Positions 1 to 13,869 of a DNA stretch of 64,000 nucleotides are shown here, piece by piece (the stretch's first letter is position 1; each line of letters opens with the position of its first letter). Position numbers and translations under genes: made by a program. A model generated the notes under the pieces. The model saw only the letters and a list, made by a program, of their open reading frames with translations. It was not told the DNA's origin and made no database searches. The DNA comes from the human T2T-CHM13v2.0 reference genome, Homo sapiens: NCBI RefSeq assembly GCF_009914755.1, contig NC_060930.1. One strand, given 5' to 3'.

Positions 1-2260
1 TACAAAAACCACAAGATTATCTAAATAGATGCAGAAAAGGCCTTCGATAAAAATCCTCATTCCTTCATGTTAAAAACTCTCAATAAACTAGGTATTGAAG
101 GAACATACCTCAAAATAATAAGAGCCATTTATGACAAACTCACAGCCAGTGTCCTTACTGAATGGGCAAAAGCTGAAAGCATTCCCCTTGAAAACCAGCA
201 CAAGACAAGTTTGCCCTCTCTCCCAACCCCTATTCAATATAGTATTGGAAGTTATGGCCACGGCAATCGGGCAAGAGAAAAAAATGAAGAGTATTTAAAT
301 GGGAAAAGAGGAAGTCAAACTATCTTTTTTTGCAGGTGACATAATCCTATATCTAGAAAACCCATTGTCTCAACCCAAAAGCTTCTTAAGCTGATAAGCA
401 ACTTCAGCAAAGTCTCAGGATAAAAAATCAAAGTGCAAAAATTGCTATACACCAACAACAGGCAAGCCAAGAGCCAAATCATGAATGAGCTTTGATTCAC
501 AATTGCTACAAAAAGAACAAAATACCTAGGAATACAGCTAACAAGGGAAGTGAAGGACCTCTTCAAGGAGAACTACAAAGCACTGCTCAAAGAAATCAGA
601 GATGATGCAAACAAATGGAAAAACGTTCCATGCTCATGGATAGGAAGAATCAATATTATGTAAATGGTCATACTGCCCAAAGCAACTTATAAATTCAATG
701 TTATTCCCATTAAATTACCACTGACATTCTTCACATAATTAGAAAAAACTATTTTGAAATTTATATGGAACCAAAAAAGAGCCTGAATACTGAAAGCAAT
801 CCTTAGCAAAAAGAACAAAGGTGGAGGCATCAGGCTAGCTGACTTCAAACTATACGATAGGGCTACAGTAACCAAAATAGCACGGTACTGGTACAAAAAC
901 AGAGACATAGACCAATGGAAAAGAATAGAGAATACAGAAATAAGACTGCACACCTACAACTGTCTCATCTTTGACAAACCTGACAAAAACAAGCAATGGA
1001 GAAAGGATTCCCTATTTAATAAATGGTGCTGGGAGAACTAGCTAGCCATATGCAGGATATTGAAACTGGCACCTTCCTTACGCCTTACACAAAAATCAAC
1101 TCAAGATGGATTAAAGACTTACATGTAAAACCCCAAACTATAAAAACGCTAGAAGAAAACCTGGGCAATACCATTTAGGATATAGGCATTGGCAAAGATT
1201 TCATGATGAAAACACTAAAAGCAATTGCAACAAAAGCAAAAATTAGCAAATGGGTCTAATTAAACTAAAGAGCTTCTGCACAGCAAAAGGAACTATTAAC
1301 AGAGTAAACAGACAACCTACAGAACGGGCGAAAATTGTTGCAATCTATGTATCTGACAAAGCCCTAATATCCAGAATCTATAAGGAACTTAAACAAATTT
1401 ACAAAAAAAAGCAACCCCATTAAAAAGTGGGCAAAGGACATGAACAGACACTTCTCAAAAGAAGACATACATGTGGCTAACAAACATGAAAAAAGCCTTC
1501 ACATCACTAATTATTAGATAAATGCAAATCAAAACCAAATGAGATACCATCTTACATCATTCAGGATGGTGATTATTAAAAAGTCAAAAAATGACAGATG
1601 CTGATGAGGATGTGAAGAAAAAGGAACACTTTAATACTGTTGGTGGGAGTGTAAATTAGTTCAACCATTGTGGAAAACAGTCTGGTGATTCTTCAAAGAC
1701 AAAGAGGCAGAAATACCATTCTACCCAGCAATCTCATTACTGGTTATATACTCAAAGGAATATAAATCATTTTCTTATAAAGACACATGCACATATATGT
1801 TTATTGCAGCACTATTCACAATAGCAGACATAGAATCAACCTAAATGCCTATCAGTGATAGATTGGATAAAGAAAATGTACATATACAACATGGAATACT
1901 ATGCAGGCATAAAAAGGAATCAGGTCATGTGCTTCGCAGGGACATGGATGGAGCTGGAGGCCATCATCCTTAGCAAACTTACACAGGAACAGAAAACCAA
2001 ATACTGCATGTTCTCACTTACAAGTGGGAGCAAAATGATGAGAATACATGGACACATGGCGGGGAACAACACACACTAGGGTGTGTTGGAGAGTAGGGAG
2101 AGGATCAGGAAGAATAACTATTGGATAATGGGCTTAATACCTGGGTGATAGGATGATCTGTGTAGCAAACCACCATGGCACACATTTACCTATGTAACAA
2201 ACCTGCATATCCTGCACATGTATCCCTGAACTTAAAATAAAAGTTGGAAATTAAAAAAAA
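1..2260 (+). mobile_element. Older primate L1 (L1PA13-16/L1PB-like): 3' part of ORF2, 3'UTR and A-tail; disrupted
   Basis: ORF2 RT and C-terminal-like translations ([24 protein letters not shown]; WMELEAIILSKLTQEQK) with frameshifts, followed by an L1 3'UTR and A-tail. Confidence 0.92.
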
Positions 2261-2264
2261 AGAG

Positions 2265-2455
2265 TGATTATGTCAGGGACTAGGTGGTAGCTGTGGAGAT
2301 GATGAAAAGTGGTCAGAGTCTAGATGCATTTTGAGGGTGGGCTTGATTGGCTGGTGGATTAGATGTGAAGGATGAGAGAAGAAAAAGGTACTAGGATGAC
2401 TCTAGAGTTTTTGCCTTGAACAAGAAAAAAGGATGAATGCCATTTACCAAGATTA
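2265..2455 (-). mobile_element. L2 fragment
   Basis: ggtggtagctgtggagat...gatgactctagagtttttgccttgaac resembles L2. Confidence 0.55.
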
Positions 2456-2747
2456 TAGAAAATAGCCAGTCTGTTTATTCTTACACTATCAATTGACACA
2501 ACTTCCAGTTAATAAGTTCACTTTATTTTCTGAAAGTTACAGGAGAAGACTTTACTGGTTATGACCTTATACTGCTTTAATGGTCATCTGTAGCCAAAAT
2601 CATGGACATAAATTCTGAGGAGGGTTCCTGGTAAGCCTCCCATTCCTGCTATGAGAAGAAACCAGCATGCCCATGCTTCCCAGCAGCATACTGTAATTGC
2701 TAAGTGTCAATGATGATGTCAGTTTTAGTGTCTCAGTAACAGTTGCT

Positions 2748-2807
2748 AGAAGAAGGAAGGAAGGAAGGAAGGGAGGGAGGGAGGGAGGGAGGGAGGGAGG
2801 GAGAGGA
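2748..2807. repeat. Polypurine microsatellite (GGAA)4(GGGA)8
   Basis: Read directly from the sequence. Confidence 0.95.
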
Positions 2808-2976
2808 TGAAGAAAAAGAACGAAAAGTTAGAAACTATGTAGTCCCAGCCTCTAGAAGCCAGAGGCATGAGGTCTACTTAGGGTCCTCTTGAGACAGGTG
2901 AAGACTTTTCAGTGTCACAAAATTAATATCACAAAGTGATATTATGTTAGTATTATGACATCAAAATGTGTGGGCA

Positions 2977-3300
<324 letters not shown>

Positions 3301-3524
3301 TGTGGGCAGATGTCATCTACACCATAGTTTCAGAATGCAATAAATTCACATTTAAAAACCTTGAAGTACACCGTATCAAAACTTTACTTCATCTTTCATT
3401 CTTATGTGATTCAGTTGATAGGCTGGAAGAACAATGAAAGTGAGTTCCATCATGCTGCCTGGTGTCCGTGTCCTTAATGATAAAGACTTTGAGTGTATTT
3501 GCAAACTCTCTGTTAATGACAGCA

Positions 3525-3680
3525 TTTTTTTTTATTCTGAGCTTTATTAAGGTATAATTGACATACAAAAATTGTACATATTTAAGGTGTATAATGTAAT
3601 GTTTTGATATACATATACATTCTGAAATGATTACCAAAATCAAGATAATTAACACATCCATCACCTCATAGTTATCCATT
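3525..3680 (-). mobile_element. L1M 3'-end fragment
   Basis: gctttattaaggtataattgacatac... is a typical L1MA/MB 3' end in reverse. Confidence 0.7.
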
Positions 3681-4028
3681 TAGCAAATCCTTTACTAGGT
3701 GGCAAAATTGATTTTAAAATCACATTTTTATCCCCTTGAAGTTTTTTCATCTGTAAATTTTCAAGGGCAGTCTTTTAATAGAATACAAACAGCTCATTCC
3801 TTATGTGGCTCCAAGCTGGCATTTCAGCATTGGGTTTAAACTTTAGAGCAACATATGAAAATCTCCTGAATAAACTTGTCAATGATTATGGTCATCAAAA
3901 CTTAGTATGATCAAGGAAACTGGTTTTTGCATAATATTCTGAATATTTAAACTCCACAGAGCTTGAATAAATGAAGTACAAATTAAACATATCGATTTTT
4001 TTCTTTTGGTACATGGTCTATGTTATTG

Positions 4029-4221
4029 CAGATTAGCATCCCAAATCCCAAAATCCCAAATTTGAAATGCTTCAAAACTGAAACCTTTTGAGCACTGATA
4101 TAAGGCTCAAGGGAAATGCATTTTGGATTTCAGATGCTCAACCAGTAAGCACATAATGCAAATATTAAAAAATCTGAAATCCAAAACACTTCTGGTCCCA
4201 AGATATGGGATACTCATCCTG
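4029..4221. mobile_element. Tigger4/MER46-like DNA transposon MITE
   Basis: cagattagcatccc...gggatactcatcctgta terminal inverted repeats and internal ttttgagcactga motif. Confidence 0.75.
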
Positions 4222-4258
4222 TACCATGGTAAATGGTTAGTTCTTCCTTGGCTTATGC

Positions 4259-4468
4259 CAGTGGTTCTTGATTTAAGCCCCAGGAGATATTGGAAATTTC
4301 TGGAAACATTTTTGGTTGTCAAAGCTTGGGGGTGGAGTATGTTTCTGGCATCTAATGGGTAGAGGCCAGGGATGCTGCTCAATCTTATAATGCATAGGAC
4401 AGGCCCCAGAAGAAAGAATTGCCTGGCCCAAAATGTCAATCACTAGTGCTGAGGTTGAGAATTCTTGA
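4259..4468. mobile_element. MER20 DNA transposon
   Basis: cagtggttct...ggcatctaatgggtagaggccagggatgctgct...ggcccaaaatgtcaat...gctgaggttgagaa. Confidence 0.85.
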
Positions 4469-5744
4469 CTTAGGCCATAGCCGTTCCACAGCTCAAGTCA
4501 CAGTTGCATTCCTTTAGTTGAACCTTACAGTTCAGTTGTTCTACTCAATATTTGAATGCTGAAGGAAGACTGGCCCTCTAGGGTTGTATTTCTAGAACAG
4601 GGAGAATGTAGTACTTTGAGGTTGCATGCTTTAGAATTAGTCATTATGTGAGTTGGAAGACCATTTGATTCTTTATTAGAAGTTAGCAAGTGTGCCAGAT
4701 TAGACCTTCACCCAAGAACGTCATGAGGGTTAATGAGAGGTTTTTAAAAGATAATAGTTATCTTTGTTTCATGTTTAACAACTTTATGCATTGGCTGGTC
4801 ATTCCAGCTCCACAGAAAGCTCTTCAGTTGAGTTTCAATTACAGCCCGCAATTCCAGATGCTACAACATTTTAACTGTGGCTGCCAGATATCAGTGAGAT
4901 TCACAGGCCTGGAGTACAACATTCTTTACAATGTGTGCTTCATATTTTGAAGGCCATCTGTCTCATTTTCATCTACAATTGGCTCTGCCGAAGTTTTGCA
5001 TGCCAAATGATATTTTTTAAAATAAGCTTTTGTGCTACTTTAAAAATGTTTCAAAAATATCTTCGAGATACAATTCACACACCATGAAATTCAGCCATTT
5101 AAAGTGTACAAGTCAGTGGTTTTTAGTAGATTCACAAAGTTGTGCAACTATCACTACAGTCTAAATTTAGAACACTTTCATTACTCCATAAAGAAACCCC
5201 ATGCCCATTAGCAGTCACTCCAGTTCCTCTCCTAGTCCTGGGCAACCACTAATGTAATTTCTGTCTCTAAAGATTTGCCTGTTCTTATGAGGAGTGGCGG
5301 TGTACACCTGTAGTCCCAGCTACTACTTGAGGAGGCCAAGGCAGGAGGATCATTTAAGCCCAGGAGTTTCAGGCTGCAGTGAATTATGATACTGCTACTG
5401 CACTCCCATCTGGGTGACAGAGTGAGAACCCATCCTCTAAAAAAAATAAAGATTTGCCTATTCTAGACATTTCTTATAAACAGAAATATACAGTATTTTG
5501 GGACTGCTTTTTTTCACTTAGCATAATGTTTTTAAGGTTCATCCATGTTGTAGCATGTATAAGTATTTCATTTCTTTTTTGTCCAAATCATATTCCATTA
5601 GAAGTATAACCATATTTGATTTATCCATTTATCGTTTGATAGGCATTTGGGTTGTTTCCACATTTGCCTACTATAAATAATGCTGCTATAAATATTCACA
5701 TACAAGTTTTTCTGTGAACACATGTTTTCATTTCTCTCCATTAT

Positions 5745-6125
5745 TATTATAGGCTGAACTGTGGCTCCACCAAATTCATAATTTGAAGTCCCAACCCCTA
5801 GTATCTCAGGATGTAACTGTATTTAAAGATAAGGTGTGTATAGAGGTGGTTATGCTAAAGTAAAGCTGCTAGGATGGGGGCTCTAATCCCGTATGAATAG
5901 TGTCCTTATAAAAAGCCATCAGGGGCCTGTCCGCACAGGGAAACACCATGTGAGGATACAGAAAACAACCATCTGCAAGAAAGGAGAGAGATCTTAGAAG
6001 AAAACAGACCTGCCAGCACTGTAATCTTCAACTGCCAGGCTCCAAAACTGTAATAAATAAATTTCTGTTGTTTAATTTACTCAGTCTGTGGTATTTTGTT
6101 ATGGCAGCTCTAGCAGACTATTACA
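5745..6125 (+). mobile_element. MLT1A/B (MaLR) LTR
   Basis: tataggctgaactgtg...ccaaattcata...aataaatttctgttgtttaa...ttgttatggcagc...gactattaca. Confidence 0.8.
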
Positions 6126-6409
6126 GGTAAATACCTAGGAGTAGAAATGTTGGGTCATGTGGTAACTCCATTTAACACTCCAGGTACCTGCCAGACTGTT
6201 CATATGAGTTTTTGTATGAATATATGTTTTATTTTCTCTTAAGTACATAGGAGTGGCATAGCTGCTAGGTGTACATTTAACTATTTAAGACACGGATAAA
6301 TGGTTTTCCAAAGCAGCTGTACCATTTTACATTCCTACCAGCAATGTTTGAGGGTTCCAATTTTCTGTATCCTTAACAAAACTTGTTATTGTCTATCTTT
6401 TGACTATAG

Positions 6410-7168
6410 TTCAGGGACTAAGCTCTGATTTTTATCTTGCCCAAATTCCTACCTAAGAGGTCTGGGGAGTCATGTCCTACAAACCATGGATCCTCATCAG
6501 ATGGCTTTTATTTGACCATGTATATTGTGACTTGCTTTTCAATCTGACTCTGGCGTGACATTATGAGACAAGGAAATAATATTTAGCCCCATAATATATT
6601 TCCTTGCCATGCCTCGAAATTGCCCTGCAAAGTCTCTTGTGGGAAAAATCCACATTCCATAGAAAATCTCCTTCCCCTTTTATTTTCTTTCCTTTCTTTG
6701 CAGATCCAGTGGATAATCAACTAAGAGCTAGGCATCCTTTTAGATTTGATAAGAAACATTTTACAACCTACCCTCTCTCTGAAGTCTGCCATCTGAGAGA
6801 TTCTTCTGAACAATAAAACTGGTTCTCCACAATCCTTTATCTTAACCTGAACATTCCTTTCTATTGATCCCAAGTCTTTAGACAAATTCAACCAACTGTC
6901 CACCCGAAAATGTTTAAATTTACCTATAGCCTGGAAGGCCCCACTTTGAGTTGTCTCACCTTTCTGAACCAAACCAATGTATTTCTTAAATGTATTTGAT
7001 TGATGTTTTATGCCTCTCTAAAATATATAAAACCAAGCTGCACCCCGACCACCTTGGGCACATGTTCTCAGGACCACCTGAGGGCTGTGTCACGGGCCAA
7101 GGTTGTTCATATTTGACTCAGAATAAATCTCTTCAAATATTTTACAGAGTTTGACTCTTTTCATCTAC
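6410..7168 (+). mobile_element. MER4-family ERV1 LTR
   Basis: gaccaccttgggcacatgttctcaggacc...ctcagaataaatctcttcaaatattttacagagtttgactctttt is a MER4-type 3' end. Confidence 0.75.
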
Positions 7169-8673
7169 AAGTCATGTGGTGTAAAGTGATAGCTCATTGT
7201 TTTCTAATAGACTATTTTCTACAAAAGTTTTAGGTTCACAGCAAAATTGAGCAGAAAGTACACAGAGTTCTCATATACCCCTGCCTCCCCCCAACCCCAT
7301 GCACAACCTTTCCTACTATCAATATCCCACATCACAGTTGTACATTTGTTTCAAATTATGACACATCATTACCCAAAGTCCACAGTTTATATTAGGGTCC
7401 ATTTTTGGTGTTGTACATTCTATGGGTCCAGCAAATGTGTAATGACATATATCCACCCGTGTAGTAGCATACAGAAGGCTCACTGTCCTAAAAATCCCGT
7501 TTTGTTTATTCATTCCTTCCTCCTCTCCAAACCTTCATATTTCGGTTTTGATATCTACTTTCCCAGCTGCTAAAGCTGTTGATCATCTTTTCATGTGCTT
7601 ATTGGTCACTTATATATTATCTTCTTTGGAGAAATGTCTATTCAAATCCTTTGCCCAGTTTTAAATTGGGTTATTTGTCTTTCTGTTGTTGACTATCACT
7701 TTTTAAGGTTGAGTTTGCTCCCTGCCAAGGAGGAAAACCCATGACTTTTGTCTACTATGAGAAAAACGCTAATACTTTATTATTCTGGAGAATGGCTTCC
7801 TCAGGAAATTCACTGTTCCTTTCTACTTGAGATTCACTAAATGTTAATGCAGCCACTTTGTGGTTTCGGAGCAGAGCCATCATTTTTCTTGGCAGCCAGA
7901 TTTATAGGACTCCAAAAGAAACAACCAGCATTAGGCAGTATTAAATAAAATTTGGAGATAAAAGCTAATCAGTGTGTATAACAATTACTGATATCAAAAT
8001 CAAGGAATAAGAATCAAATAGCACTTCTTACTGTTCATGGACTTCAAAAGATTTATATGAATTTGGTACTATTAAAACTTCCTCTAAATTTAAATATGAA
8101 ACAGATGGGAATAATACAGTTACATGAGAAATATTAGTCATTTCTCAGTGCTTATGAGCTGGGTCCCTTTGGTGGACAGTATTTGTGCAAATGTTTTAGT
8201 AACTACATGACTCTGCTCTGTTGTGAGCCATAGTTATCATATTTTTATTTATTCTAACCAGTTAAATTACTATTTACTGAACACCCACTGCCTCTTGTAC
8301 TGAAGTCATTAAATTCTTTGATACATTTTAAAAAAGAAATAGTTGCTTTTTCTCTGTTTACTAACTTTAAAAAAAAAGAAAATAACACCCCCCATTCCTC
8401 CTTGTATTTCTTAGTTGGCTGAAGATATTCTGGAACTTAACACCATATATTTTGGGAGAAAGAAAAACAAACCTAAAACAGAAAATACCATAGTTATTTA
8501 AATATAGGACTTAAACTCTTGAAGTTTATCTGCACTTAAAAAAATTCTTTCCTTTTCTTAAAATTTTTCAGAAAGGATTTCACTATCTCCTTTGATAGTT
8601 TATTCTGCATTCTAAAACTCTCTTTTCTCATGGATAATCAAAACCGATCCTATAGGCGCCTCTTCTGTATTCA

Positions 8674-9060
<387 letters not shown>

Positions 9061-9341
9061 TCACGCCTTCTCTACCCAATGAGGGAGAAAACAAACATGA
9101 AAATATTGCAAGACACAAGACTAAGTACTAACATTTGTTGACAATATTAATTTTCTCAATGTTTAGGTTTCTGAAAACAGAACATTTACTGTTGACTTTT
9201 TCCCTCATGTTACCAGGTGTATCTCCAAACATTCTAGAAACTTCATGAGATAATAAATTATTATTAAGCCTAAATTAGGTGCTTTATCTACTTTTTGACT
9301 GAAAAAATTGAAACATGGAATAAATTCATTATTTAATATTA

Positions 9342-9788
<447 letters not shown>

Positions 9789-10294
9789 CTATATAAAATA
9801 TATACATTACAAAATATAATAAGTTAATGTATATAAAATAGAAAATATACTTTTTTGGTTAATAAAACAAAATGATGTGAGGTTATGAAGAAATTGTATA
9901 ATTTCTTAATTGGCTTTGAAAGCAATTTCAAGCATCCTAAAAGAGTTTCGAGTGATAAAAACTTAACTAGAATAAAAGCTTCTCACATTCGTAAGAGCAA
10001 CAATTACTTCTCTTCCAGTGATCTCCAAACTTATTTAATTACATATCTCACCAGTAAAAGGTTTGTGCAACTATATATCCAGTGCACATTTATTTAAAAT
10101 GTAAATAGGTTATTAGCTATTTCTATTTTAAAGCACGCATAAATTATAGTTGGAGTAAAACAATGTAAAAGATTGTGTTTTTACTTACTAATGGGACAGA
10201 ATCTTTTTGCTGTTATTAAAACATAGATTTTTAGTTTTTAAATAAAAACAGGCTATGGAATATATTTCATTATTTAAATTCTTTGTTGTTGTTT

Positions 10295-10465
10295 GTATTA
10301 GTCCATTTTCATACTCTTATGAAGAAATCCCCAAGACTGGGTAATTTATAATGAAAAAGAGGTTGAATTAACTTACAGTTCCTCATGGCTGGGGAGGCCT
10401 CACAATTAGGGTTGAAGGTGAAGGAGGAGCAAAGGCATGTCTTACATGGTGGCAGGCAAGAGACT
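10295..10465 (-). mobile_element. THE1/MST LTR fragment
   Basis: tgtattagtccattttcatac...gactgggtaatttata...catggctggggaggcctcacaa. Confidence 0.85.
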
Positions 10466-10907
10466 TGTGTTGAGCATGTTGTTTTTGTTGACACATATGA
10501 AGAAAATCCTAGGGCCCTTCAGACTCCTTGGTCTTGGAGATCCCTAAGGACCACACTTGGAAACTGATGGTCTATGGCAATGGGTCCTTTTAGGCCTTGA
10601 ATCCCTTTAAGAATCTGACAATATGAAACTCTGTCTCTAGGAAGCTGCTGGAAGGTACACATCTTGGGAGTTTGCCCTTTGAAGCTCACCTGTGGACCTT
10701 TTTTCCTTTCGTAAGTCCACTGACTCCAGTTAGGAATGCTTGGTCTGATAAGCGTCCTTTTTATGTAATGATGGTGGATAAACTGCTTTTTCCAATACCT
10801 ACACATACAGTTTCAAAACCAAGGAGGAAATAAGATTGAAAAAAAGGAAGTAAGGAATAATGGAAGAAAGGAAGGGAAAAAAAGAGAGAATTAAAAGGTG
10901 GTTTACT

Positions 10908-11167
10908 GTAATCCCAGCACGTTGGGAGGCCGAGGCAGGTGGATCGCTTGAACCCAGGAGTTCGAGACCAGCCTGGGCAACATAGCGAAACGCTGTCTCT
11001 ACAAAAAATTAACCAGGTGTGGTGGTGCATGTCTGTAGTACCAGCTACCTGGGAGGTTGAGGTGAGGAGATCACCTCAGCCTGAGAAGTTGAGGCTGCAG
11101 TGAGCGGTCATGGCACCACTACACTTCACCCTGGGTAACAGAGACTGTGTCTCAAAAAAAAAAAAAA
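10908..11167 (+). mobile_element. Slightly 5'-truncated AluJ-like element with 15-bp TSD aaaaggtggtttact
   Basis: TSD at 10893-10907 and 11164-11178. Confidence 0.92.
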
Positions 11168-13869
11168 GGTGGTTTACTCAGTAGAGATCTTTATCTTGCT
11201 TGAAAGGCCAAAGCCATTTTAAGAAGGAAACTTGCTAAATCTTCTCCTGTATGCGTAAATAGTAATCCCTTAAAAATAAATCACTGCATAAACGAGATGA
11301 CTGCTTGAGTCATCATTAACAACTTATGAAAAAGACAGAAGTGCCTCTTACAGAGGTGTAAAGTATTTATTTGCACCCTATCATGCTGGCAGAAAATCTG
11401 GGAAGGCAAATCTGAGTGCAGGGTAGAAAATGGTCAGTTGCAGAATATAAACATTAACATGATTATAATTACGGACTTGAGAAGTGAAAAGCACTGGGGA
11501 AGTTTTAGGTAAATACAACATTCCACACTGATGCTTTCACAGTTTAATAGCGGATTCACTTATAAACATTCTGATAAAGATCAGAAACTAAAATGCATTC
11601 CTGTTTAAAACACAGATTTGCATTTACCAAAGAAGACATAATTCTGTGATAAAGGAAAATACACTCAACATTATCAACAGGCAATGATGCTCTCAGTCAA
11701 TGGAAATTTTTACAAAGGCTCTGGAAAAATAACTGGAGATAGCAGTTGTTTGATTATGGGAAGCCAAGAGATCAGAAGAGGCATGAGGTGCCTTACGGTT
11801 CTGGGTAAAGAATTAGGGACATGATGCAGTAAATGTTAATTAAATAGTCTTGGCAGAAAATGACCACAGGTAATTTCAGTAAGTATATCCTAAATAAATA
11901 ATAAAATATGCAGAAACGATTTCTAAGGAAATTTGAGCACAAATGTTTGCTCATTAGAACACTGGAAGGGTCAGTAATCAGAACTGTGTGCATATACAAA
12001 TCACAGGTCTGGGAAGATCCCATAGGTCGAAAATGTGTCCTTGGACAAATGGCTCCTCTAATAGGCTATCTACGGGGGTGTGGAGCATTAAGAGCAGGTT
12101 TACTGGAGAGACAAAGATAACAATAGGGTTTGGAAAGGCAGACCATTTAAAAAAGGCTGATTTTTTGATAAGCAGGGAAAAAGTTATTAATTTTAGTAAT
12201 AGTAGTGACCTATACAAAGATCATTATACAGATAATGGAGGCTGTTTTTTAATTTCTATTTTGCAGGAAAAGAAGCATAAGCTGCAATAAAAATTTGGTT
12301 TCAAGATAACAAAGTCAGTCCCCAAAAATCAGTATTGAGAGTCACTGACATTAAATGATGAAGATACGAGGATGGTGTGGGGACCTTTACTCTTCAAAGA
12401 TGAGCTATACATGCCCCTGAAAAGGCTGTCTGAAGACAGGGGAAGGCTGGAGATGGCAACTTTGGCCTCTGCCAAGTACTCGTGCTATTTTCTGTATGTG
12501 ATACTATCTGTTTTGTAACTCAGAGGCAACACCACATACCTAGCATAAGGCTTGAACTCCCTTTGGGGTTATCAATTACTTACATAGCCTTCCTCTAAGG
12601 GAAGGCTTGCAAGTGGTTCATATTCGACCCTTCCATGTGATAAGCATTCATGTGGGCTTCACAATGTAACAGAGGTACACAGAGATTCTTGTAAACAGAA
12701 AATTTTATAAAACTGTTAACTGATCTCACTTTGAAGAAGTCTTACTGACTAGATGTCATTTATCAGAGTAGACAGGCTTAAAATGCATTGCTTGTACTAG
12801 ACTGTTGTAATGCATTTTTTTGTTTTTGCATTGGTTTTTAATTCATTTAATTGGTTTACACTCATTTTTTTTTTTACATTCCATTTTTGCATTTGTATGC
12901 CAGTTAAAAATTATGAAATGGCACATTGTGGGATTTTGTTTAGCTAAATTCTAGAAAAATTGAAAGATACCTTTTATTCGACTTAAGCCTGAGGTTATTC
13001 AGCACGGTGATCTCTGCATTTTTGAAAGGTTGTCTCGTCGTTTAATAAACGTAAATAACTTAAGCACATTGGAAGAGCTATTAAATGAGAGCAGGAGATT
13101 AAAAAGACATGATTTCTTACTTTATCCACCTGACAGGATAGCTTGCATTGGTGATTAATCTTGCATTGTTAAATTCATTTCCTAAATATTTAGGTAAGTA
13201 GTTGGTTTGATCATTATTTGTAAAGTATTGGTACTGTTGCATGTTGAATTATCATGTTAAGATTTTTAGTTTGTTGTTCATGTGATATGAAAGATAACAA
13301 TTCCTAAAACTGAATGCATGCATGGCTTATTCAGCTCAGGTCACATACAAAGAGAAATGTGACGCTGCAATAAACATAGCAGAGCTATCTGGGTTTGAAG
13401 CAAAAAGGCTATGACGTTAGGTATATGCACTTTACATTGTATGTATCTTTTTAGTTCTAGTGAACTCATCTGGAATCATGTTACAGAAAATGATTCTCCA
13501 GGTCCAAACACATTTAAGTTTAATGACTGGGGCTACTCTAACAATTGCGGCTATCTCATTTTGTCTCATTGGTTCATTAGCATAGCACCCATTTAAGAAC
13601 AACTACTTCTAAACACAGTAATATTTCAGAGGCTATAAAATAATAGAGAAAGAAAACTTAAAAAATCCTTTGTTTGCAGCCAAGAAAATGTGAGGATCAG
13701 ATTTGTATTTGTTTTGAACAATTGGAAACTGTCACAATTGTTTTTAAGATGTAATAAATGTATATAAAATATGGGATTCTATAGTATTAGCCATTTTGAT
13801 ATCTTTTGTTGAAAGAAAAAACCAAAAAACCCCATATGTTCTAAGTCTCAGAAATCAAAGAATTCCACA

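Larger units (their letters stand above)
5040..7690 (-). mobile_element. L1MB-like element fragmented by nested insertions (Alu monomer ~5290-5450, MLT1 ~5745-6125, MER4-like LTR ~6410-7168, L1MC-like 3' end ~7205-7550)
   Basis: Reverse L1M 3'UTR/ORF2 sequence resumes after each insert. Confidence 0.7.

Noticed and set aside
67-2079. L1 ORF2-like ORFs (also at 26036-29628 and 36821-38417)
   Set aside because: Frameshifted fragments of dead L1 copies, not genes or active elements.
2924-2944. Small hairpin taatatcac-aaa-gtgatatta
   Set aside because: A 9-bp AT-rich stem is expected by chance in 64 kb.
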